This document shows positions 31,068-39,425 of a stretch of 64,000 bases of DNA, one piece after another. Each line of letters starts with the position of its first letter. Position 1 is the first letter of the stretch. The position numbers were made by a program, and so were the translations under genes. A model generated the notes under the pieces. It searched no databases, was not told where the DNA came from, and was given only the letters and a program-made list of their open reading frames with translations. The DNA is from an uncultured delta proteobacterium (lineage in GTDB: Bacteria; Desulfobacterota; Binatia; Binatales; Binataceae). Where the stretch lies: assembly GCA_963833025.1 (NCBI GenBank), contig CAWHWI010000001.1, forward strand, positions 1,948,170 to 2,012,169. The letters are read 5' to 3'.

Positions 31068-31268
31068 CCGGTTCCCCTTCCCACAATGGGAAGGGGTTAG
31101 GGGTTAGGTTGGCTGGACTCGACCGCAATACTCGCCTTTTTTCCCCTCTCCCTGTCAGGGAGAGGCCGCGCTTCCAGCGCGGGTGAGGGTCCAAACTCCG
31201 AATCGCTTGCATTGCGTCGATAAGCGCGGAACCCTCACCTAACCTCTTCTGTGAAAAAACGGGCGAGG
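31068..31268. repeat. Composite (BIME-like) cluster: one family B and two family C palindromes
   Basis: 31068-31110 (B, reverse); 31142-31192 CCCCTCTCCC..GGGAGAGG..GGGTGAGGGT; 31231-31268 ACCCTCACC..GGGCGAGG. Confidence 0.75.
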
Positions 31269-31286
31269 AATTGGAATCTTGAACCC

Positions 31287-32744
31287 GTGAAGATAGCGAT
31301 CGTTGCGGTGGAAGCCGCCCCCCATGCGAAAGCCGGCGGTCTCGCCGACGTGATCGGCTCGCTGCCGGGTGCATTGAAGGCGGCGGGCGAGGAGCCGTCG
31401 CTGATCGTGCCCGGCTACGCGTCGATTGTTGAAAACGTCGAGACCGCGCCCGTGATGCGCGATATCGCGATGCGCTTCGGCGCCGCCGTCGAACGCTTCT
31501 CGGTGTTGCGCGCGACCGATCCGCGCGGCGTGCCGATGTACTTGATCGACCATCCCGGATTTTTCGGGCGCCCCGGAATCTACGGCGAGAATGGCAACGA
31601 CTATCCCGACAACATGCGGCGCTTCGTCTTCTTCGGCCGCGCCGCCGCGATCGCGTCCGCGGAGATAATCGCGCCCGACATTATCCATGCGCACGATTGG
31701 CATTCTGCCGCCGCGACAATTGCGATGCGCGCCGACAACGCGCTCCGTCGCCGCTTCAAGAAGGCGCTGTCGGTCTTCACGATTCATAATCTCGCCTTCC
31801 AGGGTATCGGCAAGCGCGAGGACTTCGCGCTGCTCAATCTCGACGCGCCATATTTCTCGGTCGACTACCTGGAATTTTACGGCCACCTCAACCTGATGAA
31901 GGGCGCGGTCGCTCTATCCGACGGCGCGTCGACCGTGAGCCCGACCTACGCGCACGAAGTGATCACAGATCCGGAGCTCGGCTTCGGACTCGAAGGAGTT
32001 TTGCGCGACAAGGGCGAAAACTTCGTGGGAATCCTCAACGGCGCCGACTACAACGAGTGGGATCCCGTCAACGACCGCGAAATCGCCGCGACTTACTCGG
32101 CGGCGAAACCCGACGGCAAGCGTGCGTGCACGCGCGCGCTGCGCGATTCGCTCAAGCTGCCCAATCGGGAAGACTGGCCGGTCGTCGGGATGGTAACGAG
32201 GATGACCGGGCAAAAAGGCGTCGACCTGCTCCGCGACGCGCTCGACGCCATGATGCGCCTAGATTTGCAACTCGTCATGCTGGCGAGCGGCGATGCGGTG
32301 CTCGAGAAATTTTTCAGAGACGCGGAGTCGCGCTACCCGGAAAAACTTCGCGTGATCGTCGAGTTCAACAACACGATGGCGCATCGAATCCAGGCCGGCA
32401 GCGACGCCTTCCTGATGCCGTCGCGATTCGAGCCGTGCGGACTCACCCAAATGTACGCGCTGCGCTACGGCGCGGCGCCCGTGGTGCGAGCCACCGGCGG
32501 ACTGCGCGACACCGTCAGCGAGTTCGACGCTGAGCGCGGCATCGGCAACGGCTTCGTATTCGAGAAGTTCGACGCGGCTGAAATGGTTGCGACGCTCGGC
32601 AGGATGGTCGCGACCTTCCGGGATCGCGCCACATGGCGACGGCTGATGCAAAATTGTTTTGCGGCGGACTTCTCGTGGGAGCGGGCGGCGCGCCAGTACG
32701 TCGAGTGGTTCGCGCGGCTGCGAAAAGATCGCGGCCTCAGCTAG
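31287..32744 (+). CDS. glgA: Glycogen synthase
   Basis: KAGGLADV, HAHDWH, TIHNLAFQG, GILNG, PSRFEPCGLTQ, TGGLRDTV. Confidence 0.96.
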   Translation: MKIAIVAVEAAPHAKAGGLADVIGSLPGALKAAGEEPSLIVPGYASIVENVETAPVMRDIAMRFGAAVERFSVLRATDPRGVPMYLIDHPGFFGRPGIYGENGNDYPDNMRRFVFFGRAAAIASAEIIAPDIIHAHDWHSAAATIAMRADNALRRRFKKALSVFTIHNLAFQGIGKREDFALLNLDAPYFSVDYLEFYGHLNLMKGAVALSDGASTVSPTYAHEVITDPELGFGLEGVLRDKGENFVGILNGADYNEWDPVNDREIAATYSAAKPDGKRACTRALRDSLKLPNREDWPVVGMVTRMTGQKGVDLLRDALDAMMRLDLQLVMLASGDAVLEKFFRDAESRYPEKLRVIVEFNNTMAHRIQAGSDAFLMPSRFEPCGLTQMYALRYGAAPVVRATGGLRDTVSEFDAERGIGNGFVFEKFDAAEMVATLGRMVATFRDRATWRRLMQNCFAADFSWERAARQYVEWFARLRKDRGLS

Positions 32745-32753
32745 AATCGGAAC

Positions 32754-33377
32754 GTGGCATCCGCGCCTCGCGAATATCTCGTTTACGCCGACGGTTCCTG
32801 CATCGGCAACCCCGGGCCGGGCGGATGGGGTGTGGTCGTGCGCGATCCGGACGGCAACGTGACCGAATTCAACGGTCACGACGACTCAACTACCAACAAC
32901 CGCATGGAATTGATGGCCGCGATCGAAGGACTGCGCGCGACCGGACCCGCCGCGTACGTTGTTCTGAAGAGTGACAGCAGATACGTCGTCGATTCGATGA
33001 CGCTTCACTATAAGCGCAACAAGAATCACGATTTGTGGGAAATGCTCGATGCCGAAGTTTCCGCGCGGCGCGTGCGATTCGAATGGGTGCGCGGACACGG
33101 CACCGATCCGATCAACAATCGCGCCGACGAGCTCGCGTTGATGGGCGCGAACGGCCGTATGCTTGCTGACGGTGCGACGTCGGAGAAGCGAAAGCCGCGC
33201 CGCATGACGCAAGGATCGAAGAGCGACGACTCATCGGCGGCGGCAGAGCTTGAGTCGCGGCTAAGGGCGGGCGAATCGATTCGCGAATGCGCGGGATGCG
33301 GCGCGAAGTTTGTAAGCCTTCGCGAGGAACTCTATTGTTCGCAGATCCGATGCCAACTCGACGCGCGCAATCGCTGA
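32754..33377 (+). CDS. rnhA: Ribonuclease HI with a C-terminal Cys4 extension
   Basis: YADGSCIGNPGPGGWG, TTNNRMEL, SDSRY, WVRGH, NNRADELA; tail CAGC...YCSQIRC. Confidence 0.92.
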   Translation: MASAPREYLVYADGSCIGNPGPGGWGVVVRDPDGNVTEFNGHDDSTTNNRMELMAAIEGLRATGPAAYVVLKSDSRYVVDSMTLHYKRNKNHDLWEMLDAEVSARRVRFEWVRGHGTDPINNRADELALMGANGRMLADGATSEKRKPRRMTQGSKSDDSSAAAELESRLRAGESIRECAGCGAKFVSLREELYCSQIRCQLDARNR

Positions 33378-33378
33378 A

Positions 33379-34152
33379 CTACCAGATAGCGGGAACCAGC
33401 GCGTCGGTCTCGCGCATGTACGTGTCGTACTCGTCGCCGAAGCGCGCGCGCATCGCGGCCTCTTCAGACCTTATCCGCCGCTGCGCGAAAATCGCTCCGA
33501 TTATCACCGTCAGAATCGCGGTGACTGGCGCTCCGTAAATGAGTGTCCATCCGAACGTCACTAAAAAAGTGCCCGCGTAAATCGGATGCCTGATGTAGCG
33601 ATAAAAACCGCGCTTGACGAGGACCGGATGCTCGGCCGTCCGGCCCGCCGTGAAAAATCCGAGCTGAACGCGCGCGCCCAGCGCCATCCACATCCCCAGC
33701 AGTTCAAGTAACAGTCCGAGCGCTCTGACGAACGCCGGCGCCGCGCCGCCGTAAACGTAGGTGCGCTCGAACGGGGCGGCCGCGAACGTCACCAACAGCG
33801 GGAGCTGCCCGGCGATGCGCCGGCTGAGCTCGACGTGTGCGGGCCGGTCCGCGGCGTCCTCGCGCACGATCAAATCGGAAAAGCAAAAGCCCGCGTAGGC
33901 GGCAAGGTAAGCGAGGACATAGCGATGCTCGCCGAAGTATGCAGTGATGCCGAGTCCCATCGCGATCGCGCCGACGACGGCGAGCAGGAAGATTGTGGTC
34001 TCCGCGAAGTGCAACGCCAGGCTGCGGATGAAATGCGGACGCTCGGTGGGGTGGGCGATGGCCTCGGCGAGGAGCGTCGCAGTCGTCGGCCTCAATCCTC
34101 CAGTCGCCTTGCCGTCGGATTGTGGCGCGTCCTGATTCGTTTCACTCGCCAT
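33379..34152 (-). CDS. Isoprenylcysteine carboxylmethyltransferase family membrane protein
   Basis: LVKRGFYRYIRHPIYAG, RIRSEEAAM..FGDEY..Y..T..LVP. Confidence 0.85.
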   Translation of the reverse strand: MASETNQDAPQSDGKATGGLRPTTATLLAEAIAHPTERPHFIRSLALHFAETTIFLLAVVGAIAMGLGITAYFGEHRYVLAYLAAYAGFCFSDLIVREDAADRPAHVELSRRIAGQLPLLVTFAAAPFERTYVYGGAAPAFVRALGLLLELLGMWMALGARVQLGFFTAGRTAEHPVLVKRGFYRYIRHPIYAGTFLVTFGWTLIYGAPVTAILTVIIGAIFAQRRIRSEEAAMRARFGDEYDTYMRETDALVPAIW

Positions 34153-34297
34153 CAACGTCACTTTCGCAGATGCTTTGAGGTTATCAAAGAGGTCCGCGCG
34201 CGAGGCGATGCGCAGCTAAATGACTGCGGGCCAGCGCTTGCAGCGATTCGCGAAAAAAGAAATTAAGCGCGAAAATAGAAGATGAGCCTTTTTCCTC

Positions 34298-34428
34298 TCG
34301 CATTCTGCGATTCTCGTTAACCTATTGATTTTAATAATATTTCTCTCGATGACCGCCATGAGGAACCTGGCAGTTTGCTAGATGATCCTTGTTAAATCGA
34401 GAGTTTTTTCGATGGCACCCGACTTGCT
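34298..34428 (+). promoter_or_regulatory. Sigma54 promoter with IHF site and candidate UAS
   Basis: TGGCAC-CCGAC-TTGCT at 34413-34428 matches the -24/-12 consensus; AATCAATAGGTTA on the minus strand at 34318-34330 matches IHF WATCAANNNNTTR; palindrome TCGCA-TTC-TGCGA at 34298-34310. Confidence 0.8.
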
Positions 34429-34467
34429 TTACCACAGTCAAGCAACTGAATACGGGAGGACCTGGAA

Positions 34468-34644
34468 ATGAACGCAACCACCAACGAAGCCGGAATCGCA
34501 GTGCTCGCCAACACCAACGAAGCGACGGAATCGACCGCCGGAACGCGCCTCGCGCAGAACAGCCTGCTGAGCGAACTGCCCGGCGTAGTGTTCGGCGTGA
34601 TCACGCTCGGATACATCGTCAGCTCGCTGCTGGCATTGGCCTGA
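34468..34644 (+). CDS. 58-aa membrane-anchored small protein, paralog 1 (not in the ORF track)
   Basis: MNATTNEAGIAVLANTNEATESTAGTRLAQNSLLSELPGVVFGVITLGYIVSSLLALA; GGGAGG RBS. Confidence 0.8.
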   Translation: MNATTNEAGIAVLANTNEATESTAGTRLAQNSLLSELPGVVFGVITLGYIVSSLLALA

Positions 34645-34674
34645 AATCGTCCGAAAAAATATGGGAGAAATAAA

Positions 34675-34851
34675 ATGAACGCATCAACCACAGAAGCAGG
34701 GTTCGCGGGAATCGGGTCGGTCGTCGAAGCTCCTATCAGCGAAGAGATTCGGTTCGCGCAGTACAGCATGTTGAACGAATTGCCGGGCGCGATTTTCGGG
34801 ATCATCACCGTCGCGTACATCGTCGGCTCGCTGCTCGCGCTCGCGCACTAA
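34675..34851 (+). CDS. 58-aa membrane-anchored small protein, paralog 2 (not in the ORF track)
   Basis: MNASTTEAGFAGIGSVVEAPISEEIRFAQYSMLNELPGAIFGIITVAYIVGSLLALAH; GGGAG RBS. Confidence 0.8.
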   Translation: MNASTTEAGFAGIGSVVEAPISEEIRFAQYSMLNELPGAIFGIITVAYIVGSLLALAH

Positions 34852-34852
34852 G

Positions 34853-35467
34853 TCATGTCGATTCGCGCGGCCAAAAAAACATCGCAAACGTCATCGGGTG
34901 CGTCAGTATCCGAACCGATGTGGCGCGCGCGGAAATGCGCGACGCGGTGGCGGGCTCGTCCACCGCTCGCGAGACCATCGTGAGTGACATCCAGATGACC
35001 GCGGCTGCCAGCACGATCGTGAACCAGGACATGGCGCGAATGCGCCGCAGCATCGAGTTGAGCTGTTCGACGGTGAACGCCTCGCCGTCGCCGTGTGCGG
35101 CCACCTCTTCCTGGCGCCCGATTCTGAACGCCAGTCCGAACGTGATGTAGGTCTGGATGAAGATGAGCACGAAGGCGAGTCCCAGCTTCAGTTCGAGCGC
35201 GGAACCGATCCGCGCGAAGTAGTCGAACTTCATCGACGCTTTCAGATCCGTCAGGCGCATCGCGCCGCTAATCACAATAATTCCCAGCACGCCGATCGTG
35301 AACGGGTTGTAGAACTTGAAGCCCGCGATCAGGCTCGCGCGCCGTGCGGCTTCATTGGGCGCGGTCTCGGCGGCCGGAATCAGCATATAGATGACCGCGA
35401 ACTGCGCGCCGACGTACGACGCCATCGCGCACAGATGCAGCCACATCAGGAATTCGCCGCCGCTCAT
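34853..35467 (-). CDS. Four-TM membrane protein (CopD-like fold possible)
   Basis: WLHLCAMASYVG first helix, four hydrophobic segments, host-like codon usage. Confidence 0.7.
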   Translation of the reverse strand: MSGGEFLMWLHLCAMASYVGAQFAVIYMLIPAAETAPNEAARRASLIAGFKFYNPFTIGVLGIIVISGAMRLTDLKASMKFDYFARIGSALELKLGLAFVLIFIQTYITFGLAFRIGRQEEVAAHGDGEAFTVEQLNSMLRRIRAMSWFTIVLAAAVIWMSLTMVSRAVDEPATASRISARATSVRILTHPMTFAMFFWPREST

Positions 35468-35491
35468 CGCGGCACCGGCTCAATCACTTGA

Positions 35492-36850
35492 TCAAACGAC
35501 CGGGTCGAAATCGAGTGCGCCGCTGCGCGCGACCTGCGCGTACCAGTGGCCGCTCTCCTTGACGATTCGCTGCTGCGTCTGGAAGTCGCAGTACACGATT
35601 CCGAAGCGCTGCTGGAATCCCTCGGCCCATTCGAAGTTGTCGGTGAACGTCCACAGAAAATATCCGCGCACGTCGGCGCCCGCCTTCATCGCGTGCCCGA
35701 CCTCGCTGATAAACCGGCGGAGGAAGCTGATGCGGCGCTGGTCGTTGACCTTGCCGTCGGCGCCCGGCTGGTCGCCGTATGAACATCCGTTCTCGGTTAC
35801 GTAGATCGGAATACCGGGGTAGTCTTTGGTGACGCGCAGGATCATTTCCGACAGCGCTTGCGGATGGACTTCCCATCCGAAGTCGGTCACTTCACCGCCG
35901 CGCGCCCTGACCTGCTTCACGCCCATATTGTGATCGTTCGAATCGTGCGCGACCACGGCGCGCGTGTACAGGTTGATCCCGATGAAGTCGAGCGGAGCTT
36001 TGACGACGTCCATGTCGCCCGCGCGCATCTCGACGCGATCCTCGACCGAACCGCGCAAGTAAGCCTGCGGATACCTGCCGTGCATCACGGGCTCGAGGAA
36101 CCACATGTTGTAAAATCGATGCCACCGCTCGGCCGCCGTGCGATCCTCGAGCGACCCGGTTTCCGGATGCACCGAGGACATGCTGAAGGCGGTGCCGACC
36201 GCCTCGGGCTTGTTCTTGGATTCGCGGATCGCCTTGATCGCCATCCCCTGCGCGAGATTGACCGTATGCGTCGCCTTGATCGCCAGGTCGGGTTCGCGGC
36301 GTCCGGGCGCGTGTGCGCCCATCAGGTAGCCGAGGATGGTAAAGATCCACGGCTCGTTGAACGCCATCCAATGCTTCACGCGATCGCCGAGCGAGTCGGC
36401 TACCGCGGCGGCGTAGTCGCGGAAATATTCGGCGAGGTCGCGATTGGGCCATCCGCCGGCGTCCTCGAGCGCCTGCGGCAGGTCCCAATGATAGAGCGTC
36501 ACCCACGGCTGGATGTTGCGCTTGAGCATCTCGTCGACGACCCGGCCGTAGAAGTCGAGGCCCTTTTGATTCGCAGGACCCTTGCCGGTGGGCATGATGC
36601 GCGGCCATGAAAGCGAGATGCGCGCGGCGTTGAGACCGAGCTGTTCCATCAGCGCGATATCGTCGGCATAGCGATGATAGAAATCGCATGCGACGTCGCC
36701 GGTGTCGCCCTGCTTAATTTTGCCGGGCGTATGCGAGAAGCGATCCCAGATGGACTCGCCCTTGCCGTCTTCCTTGCAGCCGCCCTCGATCTGATAAGAA
36801 GCGCTGGCAGTGCCCCACAGAAATCCCTTCGGAAATGAAGTTGGCGCCAT
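35492..36850 (-). CDS. GH1 beta-glucosidase
   Basis: FLWGTASASYQIEG, TLYHWDLP, FNEP acid/base, YVTENG nucleophile, DNFEWAEG. Confidence 0.96.
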   Translation of the reverse strand: MAPTSFPKGFLWGTASASYQIEGGCKEDGKGESIWDRFSHTPGKIKQGDTGDVACDFYHRYADDIALMEQLGLNAARISLSWPRIMPTGKGPANQKGLDFYGRVVDEMLKRNIQPWVTLYHWDLPQALEDAGGWPNRDLAEYFRDYAAAVADSLGDRVKHWMAFNEPWIFTILGYLMGAHAPGRREPDLAIKATHTVNLAQGMAIKAIRESKNKPEAVGTAFSMSSVHPETGSLEDRTAAERWHRFYNMWFLEPVMHGRYPQAYLRGSVEDRVEMRAGDMDVVKAPLDFIGINLYTRAVVAHDSNDHNMGVKQVRARGGEVTDFGWEVHPQALSEMILRVTKDYPGIPIYVTENGCSYGDQPGADGKVNDQRRISFLRRFISEVGHAMKAGADVRGYFLWTFTDNFEWAEGFQQRFGIVYCDFQTQQRIVKESGHWYAQVARSGALDFDPVV

Positions 36851-36922
36851 AGAGCGGTTTGTTATCACAGCGATAACAACATGGCGACCCCACCGCTCTG
36901 ACGCCTGAGTCTTCCTGCTACC

Positions 36923-37255
36923 TCACGCGGCCAACAACTTCCTGACTGCTGTTGCCACCGCTCGTTGGTCAGAGGCCGAAAGACCTCCCGCCTTGTGCAC
37001 GATCAATCGGTTGTCCAGGGTGAAGAGTTTCATTCGAACCTTCGATCGCGCCCGGAGTCCCGCCGCTGCAGAATCAATCGCCACGTCCATCGGCCAAGGC
37101 GGATTTGCGGCGCTCGTGATCATCGCAAGCACCGTGTGACCGCTCGCACTACTGAAGGTTTCTGATGAAAGAGCGAGCGCTGGGCGGCGCTTGACGGTCC
37201 GACTGTCTGTGAAGGGAAACGGCACAACGACGACGTCGTATCGCTTACAGGTCAC
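36923..37255 (-). CDS. PemK/MazF family toxin
   Basis: DVVVVPFPFTD...KRRPAL.LS, AMITS; GTG start overlaps the antitoxin end. Confidence 0.9.
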   Translation of the reverse strand: MTCKRYDVVVVPFPFTDSRTVKRRPALALSSETFSSASGHTVLAMITSAANPPWPMDVAIDSAAAGLRARSKVRMKLFTLDNRLIVHKAGGLSASDQRAVATAVRKLLAA

Positions 37256-37505
37256 CGTAAGCCTTCTCGTCGTGGTCCGAGTTCCACTCCGAGAGAGTCT
37301 TCTCCAGAGCCGCAAGAAACTCGAGGTCCAGAGGCTCGGCCTTGCGGATGCGGACCGTTCCGGCTTGCGACTCCTCGAAAATCACCGTATCTCCGGGCTC
37401 CAAATGCAGCTTTCTGCGAACCGGTAGCGGCACGGTAGCTTGGCCCTTGCTCGTCAGCCTGCTGCTTGCGATTGCTCGAACGGCAGAATGTCTGGAACCT
37501 CTCAT
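37245..37505 (-). CDS. AbrB/MazE/SpoVT family antitoxin
   Basis: SRLTSKGQATVP..VR..L.L.PGD.V.F; acidic tail EWNSDHDEKAYGDL. Confidence 0.9.
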   Translation of the reverse strand: MRGSRHSAVRAIASSRLTSKGQATVPLPVRRKLHLEPGDTVIFEESQAGTVRIRKAEPLDLEFLAALEKTLSEWNSDHDEKAYGDL

Positions 37506-37589
37506 CGCTGAATTGCTGGGTATTACGTTCTTACCATATTACTCTTGTGATTTTTTGATAGCAATTGGTTCTCTTGCTCCGCAGTGTTA

Positions 37590-38000
37590 CTAATTTGAAT
37601 TCCTAAGATACTTTCGGAGTTCTCGCTCGACTTGATCGGGCTTCTTGAGGGCACACTCCCAAATCACCAAAGCTGACCAGCCGAGCGTTTTCAGCCTTCT
37701 CAAGTTGAGCAAGTCGCGGCGGCGGTTGTGACGGAGTTTAGGCAGCCAGAAGTCTCGGTTGCTTTTCGGTGGTCGGCCTCGCCTGCACGAATGCCGATGC
37801 CAGAAACAACCGTTGACAAAGATAACTTTGCGCCGGGAGCGAAACACGATGTCCGGTCGGCCAGGGAGTTCCCGCGCATAAAGCCGATAGCGGTAACCGA
37901 GAGAATAGAGCAGTCGCCGAACGGCGATTTCTGGACGGGTATGCACGGCGCGCACACGCGCCATCATGCTGCTTCGCTTTGCGGAAGTTACCGAATCCAT
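37590..38000 (-). CDS. vsr: Very short patch repair endonuclease
   Basis: RSSMMARV...TRPE, LPGRPDIVF, FVNGCFWH, FW..K...N..RD, GW..LVIWEC. Confidence 0.95.
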   Translation of the reverse strand: MDSVTSAKRSSMMARVRAVHTRPEIAVRRLLYSLGYRYRLYARELPGRPDIVFRSRRKVIFVNGCFWHRHSCRRGRPPKSNRDFWLPKLRHNRRRDLLNLRRLKTLGWSALVIWECALKKPDQVERELRKYLRNSN

Positions 38001-38170
38001 CACGCCCTAGCGTCGCCACTATGTTCGAGCAATTCCTTGACCGACGATAGCCGATCTCAGACGCCAGCAGCCATCAGGGGCGTACAGCGCAACGTCCGAT
38101 GCACGCGCACGAAATTGTAGTGCGCGTAGTGGAGCGCAACCGACGCTGTCAGATTCGCCAATTTCTTCCT
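38000..38170 (-). mobile_element. C-terminal remnant of an IS1-family-like DDE transposase, with an internal stop
   Basis: Manual translation KKLANLTASVALHYAHYNFVRVHRTLRCTPLMAAGV*DRLSSVKELL resembles the IS1-like tail KK.EN....ALH...YNF.R.H.TL..TPAMAAG..D..WS..EL. TGA at 38057-38059. Confidence 0.75.
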
Positions 38171-38222
38171 AGCGACAGGCTCGCTCGAAAATGTCATTGT
38201 GCCCTACCGAGAGGAAAGGCAG

Positions 38223-39380
38223 ATGGCACCGAAAGGGGCAAAGACCGGGGGCACGGTCATCGATTTATTCAGCGGCTGCGGCGGCTTCTCATTGGGAGCC
38301 GAATCGGCGGGTTTTCGCTCGTTGGTTGCGGTCGACATCGATCCGACTCTTCAATCGGCGTTCCGACGCAACTTCCCCGGCTCGCATGCGATTGAAGGCG
38401 ATCTTTCGGAAATCGACGGCACCGCTTGGGGCCAATTCATAGGGAAAGTAAGGCCGGACGGGGTAATTGGCGGTCCGCCATGCCAAGGCTTTAGCCGTAT
38501 CGGAAGACGACGAAAAGATGACCCTCGCAACAGTCTGATCCACCACTTCTGTAGGCATGTCGCAGCACTCAAGCCCAAGTTTTTCATAATGGAAAACGTA
38601 GAGGGACTCCTCGACGATGACCGCATCACCGTCCTGACCCACGCACTGGAGACCTTAGCGGCGAAATATCGCGTGCTGTCGCCCTTCATGGTCAACGCCG
38701 CAGACTTCGGTGCGGCAACGAATCGCTATCGCGTAGTAATTATCGGCTACGATCCGGAAGAGGTCGACCCGCTGATCGTGCCTATGTTTCAACCGAAGCC
38801 TCCGACGCATCCGGCGACCGTGCGGCAAGCTATTTCGGATTTGCCGACACCGGTTCCCGAGTCGAAAGACGAAGAAGCCAGTTTCGGCTGGGCCAAGTAT
38901 CCGTCAGGCGACTCTGCGAAACTGTCCAAATATGCGCGCCGATTGCGGATGCCGCCGGTCAGCGGTCTTGGATGGAGTAAGGCGATCGGTATGCACAGAG
39001 ATGGTTTCATTTCAGGTCTAACGTCTACCCGACATAGCCACGCCGTGGCGAGTCGCTACGCGAGAATCGCAAGTGGAAAGAGCGATCCTATAACCAAGTC
39101 CTACCGTCTCGATTGGGATGGACAGTGCCCCACGCTGCGCGCTGGCACTGACCGCGATAAGGGAGCTTTTCAGGCCGTGCGCCCGCTACATCCGGGCAAC
39201 GGGCGCGTGATTACCATACGCGAAGCGGCTCGGCTACAAGGATTTCCAGATTGGTTCGTATTTCATCCGACAAAATGGCACAGCTTCCGCATGATCGGTA
39301 ACAGCGTCTCGCCCGCCGTTTCTCGCGGTATCCTTGCCGCGATTGCCACGAAAATGCAGACTTCCGCTCTTGTGAAGTAG
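38223..39380 (+). CDS. dcm: DNA (cytosine-5) methyltransferase
   Basis: Motif I DLFSGCGG, IV GGPPCQGFS, VI ENVEG, VIII TNRYRV, IX REAARLQGFP, X IGNSVSP. Confidence 0.96.
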   Translation: MAPKGAKTGGTVIDLFSGCGGFSLGAESAGFRSLVAVDIDPTLQSAFRRNFPGSHAIEGDLSEIDGTAWGQFIGKVRPDGVIGGPPCQGFSRIGRRRKDDPRNSLIHHFCRHVAALKPKFFIMENVEGLLDDDRITVLTHALETLAAKYRVLSPFMVNAADFGAATNRYRVVIIGYDPEEVDPLIVPMFQPKPPTHPATVRQAISDLPTPVPESKDEEASFGWAKYPSGDSAKLSKYARRLRMPPVSGLGWSKAIGMHRDGFISGLTSTRHSHAVASRYARIASGKSDPITKSYRLDWDGQCPTLRAGTDRDKGAFQAVRPLHPGNGRVITIREAARLQGFPDWFVFHPTKWHSFRMIGNSVSPAVSRGILAAIATKMQTSALVK

Positions 39381-39425
39381 AACACAGTCGGTCACCATTG
39401 ACTCTCCTGCGAGGAGAGCAATCAA

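Noticed and set aside
34392-34820. 142-aa minus-strand ORF from the track
   Set aside because: Antisense to the two 58-aa paralogs, which have RBSs, a promoter and mutual similarity.
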